DNA of 64,000 nucleotides, taken from Candidatus Moanibacter sp. (GTDB taxonomy: Bacteria > Verrucomicrobiota > Verrucomicrobiia > Opitutales > UBA2987). The stretch covers positions 65,416 through 129,415 of the forward strand of contig CBDCEW010000094.1 of the NCBI GenBank assembly GCA_965215885.1. Reading direction: 5' to 3'. Shown one piece after another: positions 1-10,517 of the stretch. Within the stretch, counting starts at the first letter, position 1. Each line of letters begins with the position of its first letter. The translations under genes and the position numbers were made by a program. The notes below the pieces were generated by a model. The model worked only from the letters and a program-made list of their open reading frames with translations. It did not search any database and was not told the DNA's origin.

Positions 1-920
1 CCAAGCAGGCGGTAGACTTTCTGCAAACGGGCAAAGGTCCGGCGTGTGCCGCGGTTGTCGAAGTAATCGTGCTCCTCGGACAGCAGGATCGTTGGACGTG
101 GCGCATAGGCGATCATGAAATCGGCCATGTCCAACCCTTCCGCGAGCATGCGCGGCGGCATCTGCTCGGCGTCGGCCGGAATCTCGTTTTCCAGGTTCGA
201 CAGATAGTCGGTCACGAAGCAGTCCGGCGCGGCGAAAGCGAAGCGATCATCCACCGCGGTGAGGTAAACGGTCATGGTGCCCCCTCCGGAGCAACCGGTG
301 ACACCGACGCGCTTTTTATCGACTTCGGGGCGTGACAGGAGCAGGTCCATGGCGCGAATCCCGTCCCAGAGACGCCACCGACCGAAGAAATCGCCGAGCA
401 GAGTCATTTGATTGCCGGCCATGTTGTGCTCGCGGCAGGAGTTGCCATCGCAGGCCTCCCCGTATTGATTGGACCGCTCGCCCTGGCTGACCGGATCGAA
501 GACGAGCGAGACAAAACCCTTGCGCGCAAACACCCGGGCGAGGGTCTGATATTCCAGCCGCGCCTTGCCATTGGCGGAATGGCCGCATGGCTCGAGAACG
601 GCTGGGAAGGGGCCGTCGCCCTTGGGTAGGTAGAGGTTGGCCGTGACGAAATAGCCAGGGCGGCTCTCGAAGATCAGCTTTTCAACGGTGTGGTCCACAC
701 GCTCGAGTGTGCCGGTCTGCCGCACGTTCAGCGGCGTGCGCTCCGGCGACGGCCCGAATATTCGGCGCAACTTTCGGCGCGAAGAGCTGCGCAACCGTTC
801 GGCATCGCGCCGTGTGCGCAGCTTCGCGATCCTCCGATCGTATGCATCCGCCAGATCACGCAAGCGGCGCAGGAAGAGATCCTGCACGGCGTGTGGAAAT
901 ACATGCTCGTTGAATTGCAT
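1..920 (-). CDS. Acetyl xylan esterase-like alpha/beta hydrolase (runs off window start; absent from ORF track)
   Basis: Manual translation from ATG at 920: MQFNEHVFPH...EKLIFESRPGYFVTANLYLP...PAVLEPCGHS...WDGIRAMDLLLSRPEVDKKRVGVTGCSGGG, a GxSGGG nucleophile elbow. Confidence 0.8.
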   Translation of the reverse strand, partial: MQFNEHVFPHAVQDLFLRRLRDLADAYDRRIAKLRTRRDAERLRSSSRRKLRRIFGPSPERTPLNVRQTGTLERVDHTVEKLIFESRPGYFVTANLYLPKGDGPFPAVLEPCGHSANGKARLEYQTLARVFARKGFVSLVFDPVSQGERSNQYGEACDGNSCREHNMAGNQMTLLGDFFGRWRLWDGIRAMDLLLSRPEVDKKRVGVTGCSGGGTMTVYLTAVDDRFAFAAPDCFVTDYLSNLENEIPADAEQMPPRMLAEGLDMADFMIAYAPRPTILLSEEHDYFDNRGTRRTFARLQKVYRLL

Positions 921-1045
921 GAGAAAGTAAGGAAAATACTGTTACGTTCTTCATTATTATTGAACGAGTCCCCGAGTAAAGGGATATACCGGGAGAAGAT
1001 CGACTGAGGATCGCAGCAAACAGTGATCTAAAGTCGAAATGGATT

Positions 1046-1185
1046 CGACAAGGTTCGGGACGAGGTTCGGGAGAAGGTTTCCCTCTCGGGTGGTCCGGAT
1101 TGAAGGGAAGGGGAAACTCAGAGGAGGAGTTCGAATCACCTATGTTCAAACCTCGTCGCAAACCTTGTCCCGAACCTTGTCGATA
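1046..1185. repeat. REPIN-like unit of inverted 12-bp GACAAGGTTCGG/CCGAACCTTGTC tandem motifs with conserved spacer
   Basis: Similar inverted copy at ~18168-18276; the motif recurs at 8990-9610, 15570-15720, 16745-16820, 30280-30405 and 38265-38300. Confidence 0.75.
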
Positions 1186-1419
1186 TCGCGCTGCCGATTT
1201 GTAAAAGCACTCCGCCTCCTTCGCTTGAGCAGCTTCGGAGGGCAGGCGCGTTCCTCTAAGGGGCGTACGCTCATCTTAGCCCATTTCGTCAGGAATTTGA
1301 CTATGTAGCCGGCTTCGCAAGAAGGGGGGGGCGAAGCTCGAAACGCCTAACCAGGTAATCACGGCCGCTTTAGGGATCGACCGTAAGACCGAACGCTTGC
1401 GCGTCCGGCTACCTCGTGA

Positions 1420-1690
1420 TATAAAATCGAAAGAAGGGAAGATCGACTGGGGATCACGATTGAGAGGCACGATGGGAGAACAACGAAAAGAGGCTAGCAA
1501 CGAATGAATGAAGGGCAACGAATAGAAATGAAACCGGATGGATCTTTTGTCGTCGTCATAATCATAATCGTAATCGAAATTCGAGAAACAGAAATCGACA
1601 ATCGACTACGATTACGACGACGACATTCGAGTGGATATTCAATGAATCCGTAATCGCGATCTAAAACGAAAATGGATTCGACCCGTCGTC
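1420..1690. repeat. GATCACGATT/TCGTAATCG-rich intergenic composite repeat
   Basis: Shares units with 16940-17110, 18440-18790, 38300-38430 and 39995-40150. Confidence 0.65.
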
Positions 1691-2469
1691 GCTCCTTCCG
1701 GTATTAATATTTTCTTTCAAATCTAAAGCGAAGCACGAAAAGGCTATCCGGATGTCAAAACCTTCCGCTCAACTGAGTCTCGATAAAGTTGAGGAGCGCC
1801 ATGTAATCGTGGCGCGAAGCGACGAGCTCTACGAAGCTTTTCCGGACCTTTGCCTGATGCCTTCGGGGAAGCTCTATTGCCTTTATCGCGAGTCGGACCT
1901 GCATGCCGCCAATTGGACACGGACCGTGCTGATCGAAAGCGATGACCGTGGACGGACATGGAAGAATAAGCAGGTGATTTCCGACTTGAAGTTCAACTTG
2001 CCGCGAATCACGCGTCTTTCGAATGGGCGCTTAGTGATCAATGGCGATGTCGGCGACACTAACTACCTCTTCTGGTCGGATGACGGTGGCGAGACATGGA
2101 GCAAACCGCAACGAGTCTCGATCAGCGGGCAATGTCCGGACCGGATTGTTGAATTGCGCGACGGCAGTTTGCTTTGTAGCGCTGAGCGCCAGCGCGGCGG
2201 CGACCAGACACGAGTTTACCGTCCCGCGGCTCAAAATCTCTATCAGTACCGCAGCGCCGACGGCGGCAAGACGTGGCACGATGCGGGCCTGATGTTCGAG
2301 GACCGGATCTGGGGAGGTTGCGGTGAAGGCGCGACGGTGGAGTTAATGGACGGAACGTTGAGTTGCCATATCCGCAACTCGGCTGGTTACGCGTATCCAT
2401 CACTCAAGATCATATCCCGAGATGGTGGCAGGACGTGGTCTGACTAGAATGGCGCTAAGATAAGCCCGA

Positions 2470-4056
2470 TTAACGACGATTTTTGCCTTTGTTTCTGCGC
2501 GAGCGCGAGACTTTCATTTTCCCTCGCGGCTTCGTTAGTAATTGGTAAGGTTTCGGTCTTCGTTTGACCGCTCGTGGTTCGCTGCGGTGTTCTCGTAGTG
2601 GAACAGTCTCCTCGGCAATAATCAGAACCATCTCGTCAATGATGCGTTGTTGCTTTCGAGGTTGCTTGCGGGTGGCGTTCAGAGCGGTGCAGTACTGCCG
2701 AACGGTGTCGACCGTGCTCTTGAAGCTGAGCCGATGCAGGTCACGCTGATAGAGGGTGGCGGGGTGTTGCATGAGGGCGCGGATGAGATTATAGGCGATA
2801 AAGAACAGCTGGATTTCCTTACGCACCATTTCGGGAGTAAGGCAGCGTACCGTTTCCATCTTCATAGTCGTTTTAATGTCGCGAAAAAACAGTTCCACTG
2901 ACCAGCGGCGGAAGTAGAGATCGGCCAGATCCTCTACGGTGTATTGGAGGGGGTCGGTAAAGGTGGTCACAAGATCGATCTTTCGGGTACGGAATCCTTT
3001 GATCTGAACGAAGAAACGCACCATTCGCAGAGTCAGTTCGGCCGGTAATTGAGCCCATTCTTCCGGGCTGAACCCGTGCTGTCTCTGCGGTTTTTTCCAG
3101 GTCACCAGCCGATCGTATCGGCCCAGTGTTTGGCCGCTACGGAAGTCGCATTTGCGCCTTTGGTGCAGGCGCATGACCGCGTCCATTTGATGGTTTAGAA
3201 GCAGCCCCAGATTGGCATAAGAGCAATAACCGCGGTCGCACAGAACCACCTCTGCTTTTTTCAAATACCCAACGAATTTGCGCAAAATGCCGCTTTCATG
3301 GTTTTTTAAGGTGGTCTCGACACAGTGCAGCAAGGCCCCGCTGGCCAAACAGAAACAGCCCACCAGAAGCATGACGGGAAATCCGCACCCCTCTTTCTGC
3401 CCCCCGGGTTGGGGAAAGGCCCTCTGGTTCTGCTCGGTATCGGGCATACTGATCCCAGTACCGTCTATCACTCTGACCTCGTGCCCCTTCCACCGCTGCG
3501 CTTGCCTTACCTCCTTGTGTATCTGCTCGCTGACCTCTTCACCGATCTTTTGTAAGTCCTCTATACCTATGCGCTGACGTGCCTGGCAATAGGCCGAGGT
3601 GGAGGAACTGGGCAGGTTCAACTCCCGCTCACTACAGTAGCTCTGCACCTTTCTGACGACCTCCCGGCAGGCTGTCTGCGGGGAGAGCACCTGGAACAGA
3701 AAGCCCCAGAAGGTCGTTCTGAGTGAGTAGACTCGTTCCCGGCTGTTTTCTTTTTCGCTCTTGGGTTGCAAAACTCCCAGAGGAATCCACCGATCAAACA
3801 GATCCGACAACTCCGATAGAGTTGACTCTCTTAGATGAGCCAGTTTTTGCTTTAATCGCTTCGGGTTTAATCGCGGGTTTAATTCCCCGAAGCTTGCTTC
3901 GGGCCTTTAATTCCCCGAAGCTTGCTTCGTTTCTAATTCATAAAGTCTAATATCAAATGCCTCGGGGCTTGCCCCGAGGATCTTTACTTGTGCCAGGGCC
4001 GACTTAGGCGGGCGACCGCATAGAATGTGATTAAACCCAGGCAGGAATCTTGTCAT
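2470..4056 (-). pseudogene. IS4-family DDE transposase, 5' end interrupted by a MITE
   Basis: IDGT...DRGY...YFRRWSVELFFRDIK motifs; original N-terminus MTRFLPGFNHILCGRPPKSALAQ from ATG 4056 is separated from LKQKLAHLRESTLSELSDLF by a ~132-bp insert containing a stop. Confidence 0.85.
3851..3987. mobile_element. Small palindromic MITE/PATE-like insert
   Basis: Hairpins CCTCGGGGCTTGCCCCGAGG and two CCCCGAAGCTTGCTTCG; removing it restores the transposase frame. Confidence 0.7.
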
Positions 4057-5169
4057 ATTTTTCATACAACAAGATTAGCCTACTAACGGTCATAGTACAA
4101 GCTTTTTTACATATTTTTTACAATTATTTTTGGCTTATCTTAGCGCCATTCTGGTCTGACTATCGATTATCCGGCACCTTTGGCGGCATGCATCGCGCTG
4201 GACTTCTACGGGACGGCAGGATGCTCATTACCTACAGGCAGATGGCAGGTAACAGTTCCCTTTCGGCCTGGTGCGGCGACCCGATTGAGGAAGTCGGCTA
4301 CTGCGTTCCGTCGCGTTGGGGCGACGACGACGGCGCTCTCCTCATGGAAGATGCGTTGCGCATAGGAACGACGGGAGACGGTTCGACATTCACCATGAGG
4401 GAGACCAGGCATGGCGATGCGGTGGTGGATTGGAAATCGGATCAGGAAGCCGTCGTGCCGCCCGTATACTTTCTGCCTCCTCCGGAATTCGACGACAGTA
4501 TCGTGACGATCGATGCTACCTTGCGGGTTGTTCGCAATGACACCGGTCTGGCTTCGACAGTTAACGTTACCTGTGCCGCGGAGGTTCTCTTTTATCCGGA
4601 TCGTGTGGAGGTTTTGGGCGCGCCTGATGCATCCTATCAACTCGACGCGACGAGATTTCATGATTACCGAATCAGGCGAAACGCCGACAGCCTGACGATC
4701 GAGGTCGATGGCATCGAGCGCATCCGCACGAACAAACTAGTGCGCACTTGCGGACTTCACCGCGATCGGGTGAACTGGGGACAAGATCGCACAACCTTCG
4801 GCACTACGTTCCGCGCCTGGGACCACCTGGACATGAAGAAGTGGAAAGGTAGCGTTTGGCGCTGGGATAATTTTGAGCGAGCCAGGCAGGTTGGAATTGG
4901 CGAGAGCTACTGGAAATCAGTCAAGATTACGGTTAGTAATCAAAGCACCATGGATCTATCATGGTCATGGGACGCCGCCGGCGGCACCTATCCTGACCAA
5001 TACCAGCGGGATCACGTGGTGGAAGTGGACTGGGATCCGCAAGCCGATTATGGCGGCAGCGATTGGGTGCAATTTCCCGACGGTGAGATATTTGTCGCCT
5101 ACTTCACCGCGGAAGAGACACACCATCAGCGTCCCTACATCAAAGGCTGCTATCTGTATCCCGGCGACT

Positions 5170-7950
5170 TCAGGTATCCTGTGGAATTATCCTGACGGGT
5201 CCAAACAGTCCGCTCGGCAACGTCTCCTTTTCGAAGTTCATCATCGGTTCCACATAGAAGGTGCTGATGTTCGACTTTTTCACCGTCTCCGGATAGATAG
5301 GATTCGCGAACGCGTTGCTCAGGGTGTTGGCCACACGGACTCGGATCTCGTTATCCGTAGGCCGAAGTCCATCCTCGTCCTGAAAAATGAAGGGACCCCA
5401 GGCTTTGCGCCCCAGCGAGCGGCCGTTCAGGGAGGCTTCACAGGCATATTTGACCGATCCGAGGTCAATCGTTATCGGAACGCCGGTGAAGCGGTCGGCG
5501 CCGTCAAACAGAATTCGATATTCCACTTCGCCGGAAAAGTGTGGGCCAAGCACGGCTCTCCAGTCGCCCAGTGCAGTTTGCCTCCAGTCCACGCTTTCGT
5601 GCTCGTAGGATAGAAAGTGTCCGTCCTTCAGCTGAATCTCCAGAATTGGCCGCAGTTGCCATCGGTCGTGTGACAGGGAGAAGCCCCGGGCGTGTGAAAT
5701 CTGTCGGGGCAAAGACGCTTCTTCGGCTTCCACATCGCCAAAGAGAAGGAGTTTCGATTCCCACGGATCGAAGGACATAGGGAGGGAGATTCCTTCATCG
5801 TTCCTTTTCGCGCCGAGACGATACAGCCTGCCATGGATCGGATCGCAGGCGACAGGATGGCTGGTTTCACTGAAAATAACCGTCGTTTCGACGGCACGAT
5901 CTTCTTCATTGACGAGGAAGTAGATCCGATGGTCGCGTGTCGCGCGTTTGGTGGCGCGGATGCTTCCCTCAGGCGATGTCAGACGAACAACCGGCTCCAA
6001 CTCCCGAACATACGCATGGTCGCTGAAGAATCGCACATTGGGTGCCTCTTCCATTTGGTCCGCCCAATCGTTGCGAGAGGGATCGTCTTGACGAGACTGG
6101 CGGATGACGTAAATGCGACCTCCCTCATGTGTTAAACGCACGATGTTTTTCCGGGCCTCCTCGACCATCCACCGCGTTTCAGGAACGATGAGCGTGTCGT
6201 ATTGCATCGGGCCGATCCGGACTGAACCTCCCGGGGTGAAATGATTGCTATCCGCAAGGATATCGTCGTCGACGAAATCGAAGTCACACTGCGCCCGGAG
6301 AAGATTCCGACAGATATCATTCTGAAGGCGAATGGCCGATTTCTGATCATCTCCGCCCGCCCAGATGCTCCGCATATCGAAGTAAACAGCGGTGTGGCAG
6401 ATCGCATTCCCGCGAGACAGAGCGTAACTGAGTCGCGAAATGTAGCGATTGACCTGATCCTGGTAACGCCAGAGTGGAGCCCAGGGGCCGAGAACCGGTC
6501 GATGAAATTGCTGTGTGAAGTCGCTCGATGCGGAATAAACCGAAAACGTGCTCAGGTTAAGGCCCCGGACAAACTGATGATCGATTGTCCACTTTATAAT
6601 GTGTGGGGTCACGGAGGAGCCGCTGGCCCCGAAGGGCATCGTGCTGGCGAATGGACGGTCGAGCTGGCGGGCAACGCTCGAGGCATACTTGGCAAAGTGG
6701 TGACTCCTTTTTCCCGGGAACGTTTCCTGGTAGATGGTATCGACGCCGGGAATATGTAAGTGTCGCATTGAACGGAGAAGATGGCCGTGACCTCCCTCCT
6801 CAAAGCGAGCGGGGTCGTGGTCCATGAGGAAATGGCCTCCACAACTCATTTGGTTTTCAGCGCACCACCTGAAAATGGGATCGAGGTAGTTGCGGACAAA
6901 GAGGGTGCTGAGCAGGTCGTGGTAGTCGACCCTGGCGCGCGTCACAGCAAGAGCTTCCCCTTCGGCCGGAGGGGCCATTAAATCCTGGAGATAGGGCTCG
7001 AGACGATAGCCTTTTTCTTTGGAAAAGGTCTCTTCGAGCTTGTCGGTCCAGCGAAAGCTCTCAATGGGGTCGTGTCGAATGCCCCCGTAGGTGGGCTCGT
7101 TCTGGTAGATCCAGCTGACGGTGTCGTAACAAAATTGCTTGAGCTTCTCCCGATAGGCACGATATGCGAGCTTGATAAAACGCTGCGCGACCAGGGGATT
7201 GAGCAGGTCAGGATAAGGATTATCCGGTGCAATGGGGCCCTTTTCCTGGCCTTCGATTCTGTAGAGGAGCAGTTCGGCGGATTCCTTGAAGGGTCCGGTG
7301 GTTTCGTTGGGTTTGAAGGTGCCGCGAGTGCCCCCACGGTCGCATACGGCAAACTCGTAGCACCCAGGAACGTTAAAGCATTCGCCAGGGCAAAGATGCT
7401 TCTTTTCGCAGGTAAGGATCGACCTTAGAAACCGGTCTCTATGGTCCGAGAGCAGAGTTCCACCCGCCATGCCCGACGGCCAACCGGGCTCGTCGGGGAT
7501 TACGCAAGTCATTCCGAGCGCGTTGCATTCGCTGACGATCGTATGCAACAGGTTCCAGAACTCATCGCTGCCGTAGGGAGCATCGAGGGTTGAGCCCAGG
7601 TAGTCGCCATACAAGGCACGCGGGAGGATGAAGATGTGAACGTGTTGGACGTTCTTCGACTTGCAATCGTGAAGAATTTGGGCGATCTCGCCTCTCTCGA
7701 GCGGGTTGAGGATGGCGAGGATATAGGCGGGTGAGTAGATGGCCGCGGGGGCGCGATAGGCCGACGCCTGAAACAAGCGTTCAGATGATTGCAGAAGCGA
7801 ATTGGTGGGTGTGGGTTTCAACTTCGTAATGAGCAAAGGCAACCTTGGGCTTATTGCCCGAAGAGTCAAATACCCCGTCCGGGGAGAAAATTGAGCCCCG
7901 GGGCGTCTTCGCGAGAGACCTTCAGCTACCTCCTGACAACGCGCGCCCAA
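5170..7950 (-). CDS. Glycoside hydrolase, GH106 alpha-L-rhamnosidase-like (true start probably near 7821)
   Basis: DEPGWPSGMAGG, NEP, GGH, HIPGVD and LPSGLFGPV motifs; C-terminal GH2-type beta-sandwich (IDLGSVKYACEASLNG). Confidence 0.8.
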   Translation of the reverse strand: MGARCQEVAEGLSRRRPGAQFSPRTGYLTLRAISPRLPLLITKLKPTPTNSLLQSSERLFQASAYRAPAAIYSPAYILAILNPLERGEIAQILHDCKSKNVQHVHIFILPRALYGDYLGSTLDAPYGSDEFWNLLHTIVSECNALGMTCVIPDEPGWPSGMAGGTLLSDHRDRFLRSILTCEKKHLCPGECFNVPGCYEFAVCDRGGTRGTFKPNETTGPFKESAELLLYRIEGQEKGPIAPDNPYPDLLNPLVAQRFIKLAYRAYREKLKQFCYDTVSWIYQNEPTYGGIRHDPIESFRWTDKLEETFSKEKGYRLEPYLQDLMAPPAEGEALAVTRARVDYHDLLSTLFVRNYLDPIFRWCAENQMSCGGHFLMDHDPARFEEGGHGHLLRSMRHLHIPGVDTIYQETFPGKRSHHFAKYASSVARQLDRPFASTMPFGASGSSVTPHIIKWTIDHQFVRGLNLSTFSVYSASSDFTQQFHRPVLGPWAPLWRYQDQVNRYISRLSYALSRGNAICHTAVYFDMRSIWAGGDDQKSAIRLQNDICRNLLRAQCDFDFVDDDILADSNHFTPGGSVRIGPMQYDTLIVPETRWMVEEARKNIVRLTHEGGRIYVIRQSRQDDPSRNDWADQMEEAPNVRFFSDHAYVRELEPVVRLTSPEGSIRATKRATRDHRIYFLVNEEDRAVETTVIFSETSHPVACDPIHGRLYRLGAKRNDEGISLPMSFDPWESKLLLFGDVEAEEASLPRQISHARGFSLSHDRWQLRPILEIQLKDGHFLSYEHESVDWRQTALGDWRAVLGPHFSGEVEYRILFDGADRFTGVPITIDLGSVKYACEASLNGRSLGRKAWGPFIFQDEDGLRPTDNEIRVRVANTLSNAFANPIYPETVKKSNISTFYVEPMMNFEKETLPSGLFGPVRIIPQDT

Positions 7951-8110
7951 ATCTTGTTCTTAAAGGTCGTGCTCTGGATTGACTTTCTCCTAGCCCGGCG
8001 ATTACGGTAGCAAAGTCTGCTGAATGTGGGCGGGGAATCGAATCTGGTAGGAAAATGGAATTTGGTCGGCCTTTCTTGCGGTGAAAAAACAAAGGGGAAG
8101 TAAGGCAACG

Positions 8111-8974
8111 ATGGGAAGCACACGGAACGGTGCCACCATCCTTGGTAGATTGCTCGCCGTTCTGTTGGCTCTTGCGGTGCTGTCGCCTGCGCTTATTGGG
8201 GACCAGAGCAAGAGTACGCCTCCGCGGGCGGTGATCCAGGTGAGGCCGGTGCTCCCGGACGATGCGGAAACTTTGCCGGAAGGGGGGCGGGCTGTGATCC
8301 GTTGTACGGTTGATGCGTCGGGCCGTGTAAAGGATCCCGAGATTAAGTCGGCGAGCAACGAAGACTACGGTCGGGCTGCCGTTGAGGCAGTCGTGAAGTG
8401 GGAATTTGTACCGGCCACGAAGGGGGGCGAGCCGGTTGCTATGCGAGTCCAAATTCCCTTCAATTTCCATCCAGTGTCGAAAACTGCTCAAGAAAGAAAG
8501 GGACCCGACAAAGCGATTATCGAAGCTGCCAAAGATTCATTAAAGCGGGAATTCGGGCGAGAGATTTTTACAAGGCTTGAGGAGCCTATCGTTTCGGCAG
8601 CGGAATTGGGGAGGCGCCCCCGCCCGAAGGGTAAAGTGCGTGTTCTCTATCCCAAAGAACTGCTGGGCAGCGGCAAGACGGCAGAAGTGATGGTGGACAT
8701 TATTATCGACAAAGAGGGTAGAGTGATCAACCCGCGCATCCTTAGAGCCAGCGATTCCGCTTTCTCCTATCACGCCCTCAAAGCTGCGCTTGAACTGGAA
8801 TTCAAGCCCGTCAAGCAAAAAGGTGAAGCCGTTTACCTGAGGATGATGGTTACGTTCTACTTCTCTGAGAAAAAGAGTCGCATGGTGGAGATGCCGAGCC
8901 GTCCGTCGGGTGGTGGCGGTCGTGGCGCGGGAGGAAGAAGAGGCGCCGGAGACGGTGGCGCGGCCGGGAGGTAG
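8111..8974 (+). CDS. TonB family protein with two TonB C-terminal domains
   Basis: Signal/TM segment; VDASGRV...AAVEAVVKWEFVPA and YP...IIDKEGRV...LEFKPV repeats. Confidence 0.85.
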   Translation: MGSTRNGATILGRLLAVLLALAVLSPALIGDQSKSTPPRAVIQVRPVLPDDAETLPEGGRAVIRCTVDASGRVKDPEIKSASNEDYGRAAVEAVVKWEFVPATKGGEPVAMRVQIPFNFHPVSKTAQERKGPDKAIIEAAKDSLKREFGREIFTRLEEPIVSAAELGRRPRPKGKVRVLYPKELLGSGKTAEVMVDIIIDKEGRVINPRILRASDSAFSYHALKAALELEFKPVKQKGEAVYLRMMVTFYFSEKKSRMVEMPSRPSGGGGRGAGGRRGAGDGGAAGR

Positions 8975-8989
8975 GACCAATAATCTTTG

Positions 8990-9611
8990 TCGTAAACCTC
9001 GTCGCAAGCTTAGTCGATTCCTCGTCTCTACTACTTGCTTCTCTGGCCGCCGGAAGGAGCCGGACTCCTGCTTAGGGCATTTCGACGAAGCTCGCGACGA
9101 AGTTTTGGAGATATCCTACTGCGAGCAACCTCCTTTCCTTCATCGTAAGCTTAGTCGATTCTTCGTTTCTGCTACTTGCTTCTCAGCCGGCTGGAAGGAG
9201 CCGGACTCCTACTGGGCACGTTTCGACAAAGCTGACGACAAAGCTCGCGACAAAGTTCCGGAGAGGTCGTACGGGCGAGCAATCTTCTTTTCTTCATCGT
9301 AAGCCTCGTCGTAAACTTGGTCGATTCATCGTTTCTTCTACTTGCTTCTCAGGCCGTTGGAAGGAGGAGGACTGCTACCGGGTAGATTTCGACGAAGCTG
9401 ACGACAAAGCTCGCGACGAAGTTCCCTTGCGGGTAGAAGATGCTCGCTCTCGATTACTTGATTCTCAGGCCGCTGGAGGGAGCCGGACCCCTACTGAGGG
9501 AATTTGACGAAGTTGACGACAAAGGTTTACCCTCCGAACCTTTGTCGCGAGCCTTGTCGCGAACTTTGTCGAAAGAGAATGGTAAGCACGACAAAGCTCG
9601 CGACGAAGTTT
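8990..9611. repeat. Tandem array of ~4 REPIN/BIME-like units of ~150 bp
   Basis: Repeated core CTACTTGCTTCTCxGGCCGxTGGAAGGAGCCGGACTCCT flanked by inverted CGTAAGCTTAGTCG / CGACGAAGCTCGCGAC motifs. Confidence 0.85.
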
Positions 9612-9626
9612 GTGAAATAGGCGGGT

Positions 9627-9724
9627 TAGGAATCTGTCGGTATCATATTCGTCGGAATCTACATCTCTCACTCATAAATCCGCACTTCAGGAATGTCTAG
9701 AAAGCTAAGTCCGACAGATTCCTA
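9627..9724. mobile_element. ~98-bp MITE
   Basis: TIRs TAGGAATCTGTCGG / CCGACAGATTCCTA; related copy at 21528-21626; lone right end at 52419-52439. Confidence 0.7.
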
Positions 9725-10517
9725 GGGGAGATCGGGCTTTGGGAAGGTATCCCGGTAGGCTGGCCGGCGCATCAAATACTTGAGCCAGCTACCTTCCTGA
9801 GCTTCGTCGAAGAGGCGATCGTAATCCGTTTCTTCGGCAAACCACCAGCGCGTGATTCCGCAAAAGTTATAGGCTAGATGCAGCACCCTCCGTGCCCCGT
9901 CGTTCTCAGTGAGAGAAGCGTGGAGGATGTCGTGCGTGAATACCACCGCCGAACCGGCCTTGACGGGCAGTTCGACGAGAGGCGAGGTCACTGAGGGCAT
10001 CGTCGAGTTCTCCCAATCGGCCCTGGGCGGGCCATGAGAAATTGGCCTTGTGACTGCCGGGTACGACCTGGAGCCCGCCGTCGCCCGGGCCGATGTCGTT
10101 CATGGCATACATTACCCGCAGGTGGTTGTTGTAGATGCGATCCTGGGAAACGTGATAGAAGTTGAGCGGCTGATGGGGCATGTGGCCCCCGTGTATCGTG
10201 CTCTGTCCGCCCTTCCAGCGAAAATTGACACCGAACTGCTCAAGGATCGGGCTTTCCACGAGGGCGTCGACATAGGGCAGGATAACGGGATTTGCCACCA
10301 GGTCCAACATTGACGACTCTTCATTCAGGAGGTTAAAGAATCCGATCGTGGGACCCCTGGTACTCTTTTCCGGAGGCCTTACCGCCAACTCCTGCCGGGC
10401 CTTTTCCTCCCAGACATCCAGCCGGCTGTTGAGGAGGTCCAGGTAGTCCGGCGCGATCGCGTTTTCGATAATCAAGTAGCCCCGAACGTCAAAAGTATAT
10501 CTCTCCTCGGGTGTCAT
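9722..10517 (-). pseudogene. PhyH-family dioxygenase, frameshifted near 9985
   Basis: MTPEERYTFDVRGY...DIGPGDGGLQVVPGSHK in one frame, LVELPVKAGSAVVFTHDILHA...RR in another; ATGA overlap with the upstream BNR gene. Confidence 0.8.

Larger units (their letters stand above)
2447..4151 (-). mobile_element. IS4-family insertion sequence
   Basis: 20-bp TIRs GAATGGCGCTAAGATAAGCC / GGCTTATCTTAGCGCCATTC; 11-bp TSD TGGTCTGACTA at 2436-2446 and 4152-4162. Confidence 0.95.
1752..5195 (+). pseudogene. BNR/Asp-box sialidase-like protein (~575 aa) split by an IS4 insertion
   Basis: ORFs 1752..2447 and 4050..5195 join in frame (RTWSD|YRLSGTFGG) after removing the IS and one TSD; SxDxGxTW boxes; distant paralogue of 10514..12184. 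Confidence 0.9.

Noticed and set aside
4050..4151. Hydrophobic N-terminus (apparent signal/TM) of the 381-aa ORF
   Set aside because: It is read through the IS end; the real coding sequence resumes at the TSD
8990..9611. CRISPR array
   Set aside because: Units are ~150 bp with homologous rather than unique spacers and degenerate repeats; no cas genes in the window
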